A stretch of 64,000 nucleotides of DNA from Phoronis australis. Its lineage: Eukaryota; Animalia; Phoronida. Within the stretch, counting starts at the first letter, position 1. Each line of letters opens with the position of its first letter. The DNA lies in the NCBI GenBank assembly GCA_002633005.1, contig NMRA01000298.1, forward strand, positions 233,887 to 297,886. The letters run 5' to 3'. A program made the position numbers and the translations under genes. This document shows, in pieces, positions 63,763 through 64,000 of the stretch. The notes under the pieces are model-generated. The model saw nothing but the letters and a program-made list of their open reading frames with translations, had not been told where the DNA came from and made no database searches.

Positions 63763-64000
63763 CTGGAAAGAGATTGTATGTCAGCGTCTGAAATTTTCAT
63801 GCATGAAGATTCTCTGTGAACGCGTCAATCATGTTTATGACCTGTAAAGATAATTGTAACCATTGTCTGAGTACCGTAGTTGGTCGTTGCATATCATTCC
63901 CTTCGCATCTCAAAACTAAGGGTGAGTGTAATATGTCGGAAGACAGCAAGGAAGTGATTGAGGCACAGGGTCAATCAGCCGAGGTGTGGCCATTTTGTTG

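Overview
This is AT-rich, intron-rich eukaryotic genomic DNA, probably from a marine invertebrate (inferred from gene content; the species cannot be determined). Most ORFs in the track are spurious or single exons. The window holds a minus-strand tandem cluster of four paralogous multi-exon genes. Copy A has coding exons 1-4 (421-3776) and continues off the left edge. Copy B (9466-21033) is a pseudogene with only exons 6-12. Copy C is complete: 12 coding exons, 25084-40758, about 677 aa by my manual splicing. Copy D has exons 2-12 (47948-63762), with exon 1 beyond the right edge. The spliced protein is predicted to be secreted, with the order signal peptide, PAN/apple-like domain, small six-Cys module, CTHRC1 C-terminal domain 1, fibronectin type II domain, CTHRC1 domain 2, CTHRC1 domain 3. 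It has no collagen helix. Canonical CTHRC1 has one such domain behind a short collagen triple helix, so this collagen-less triple-domain family is the main finding. Introns and spacers contain many non-autonomous DNA transposons: Kolobok-like with a THAP remnant, TAG-ended Academ-like, Harbinger-like, P-like and foldback elements. All coordinates and translations were derived by eye, and no database search was run.
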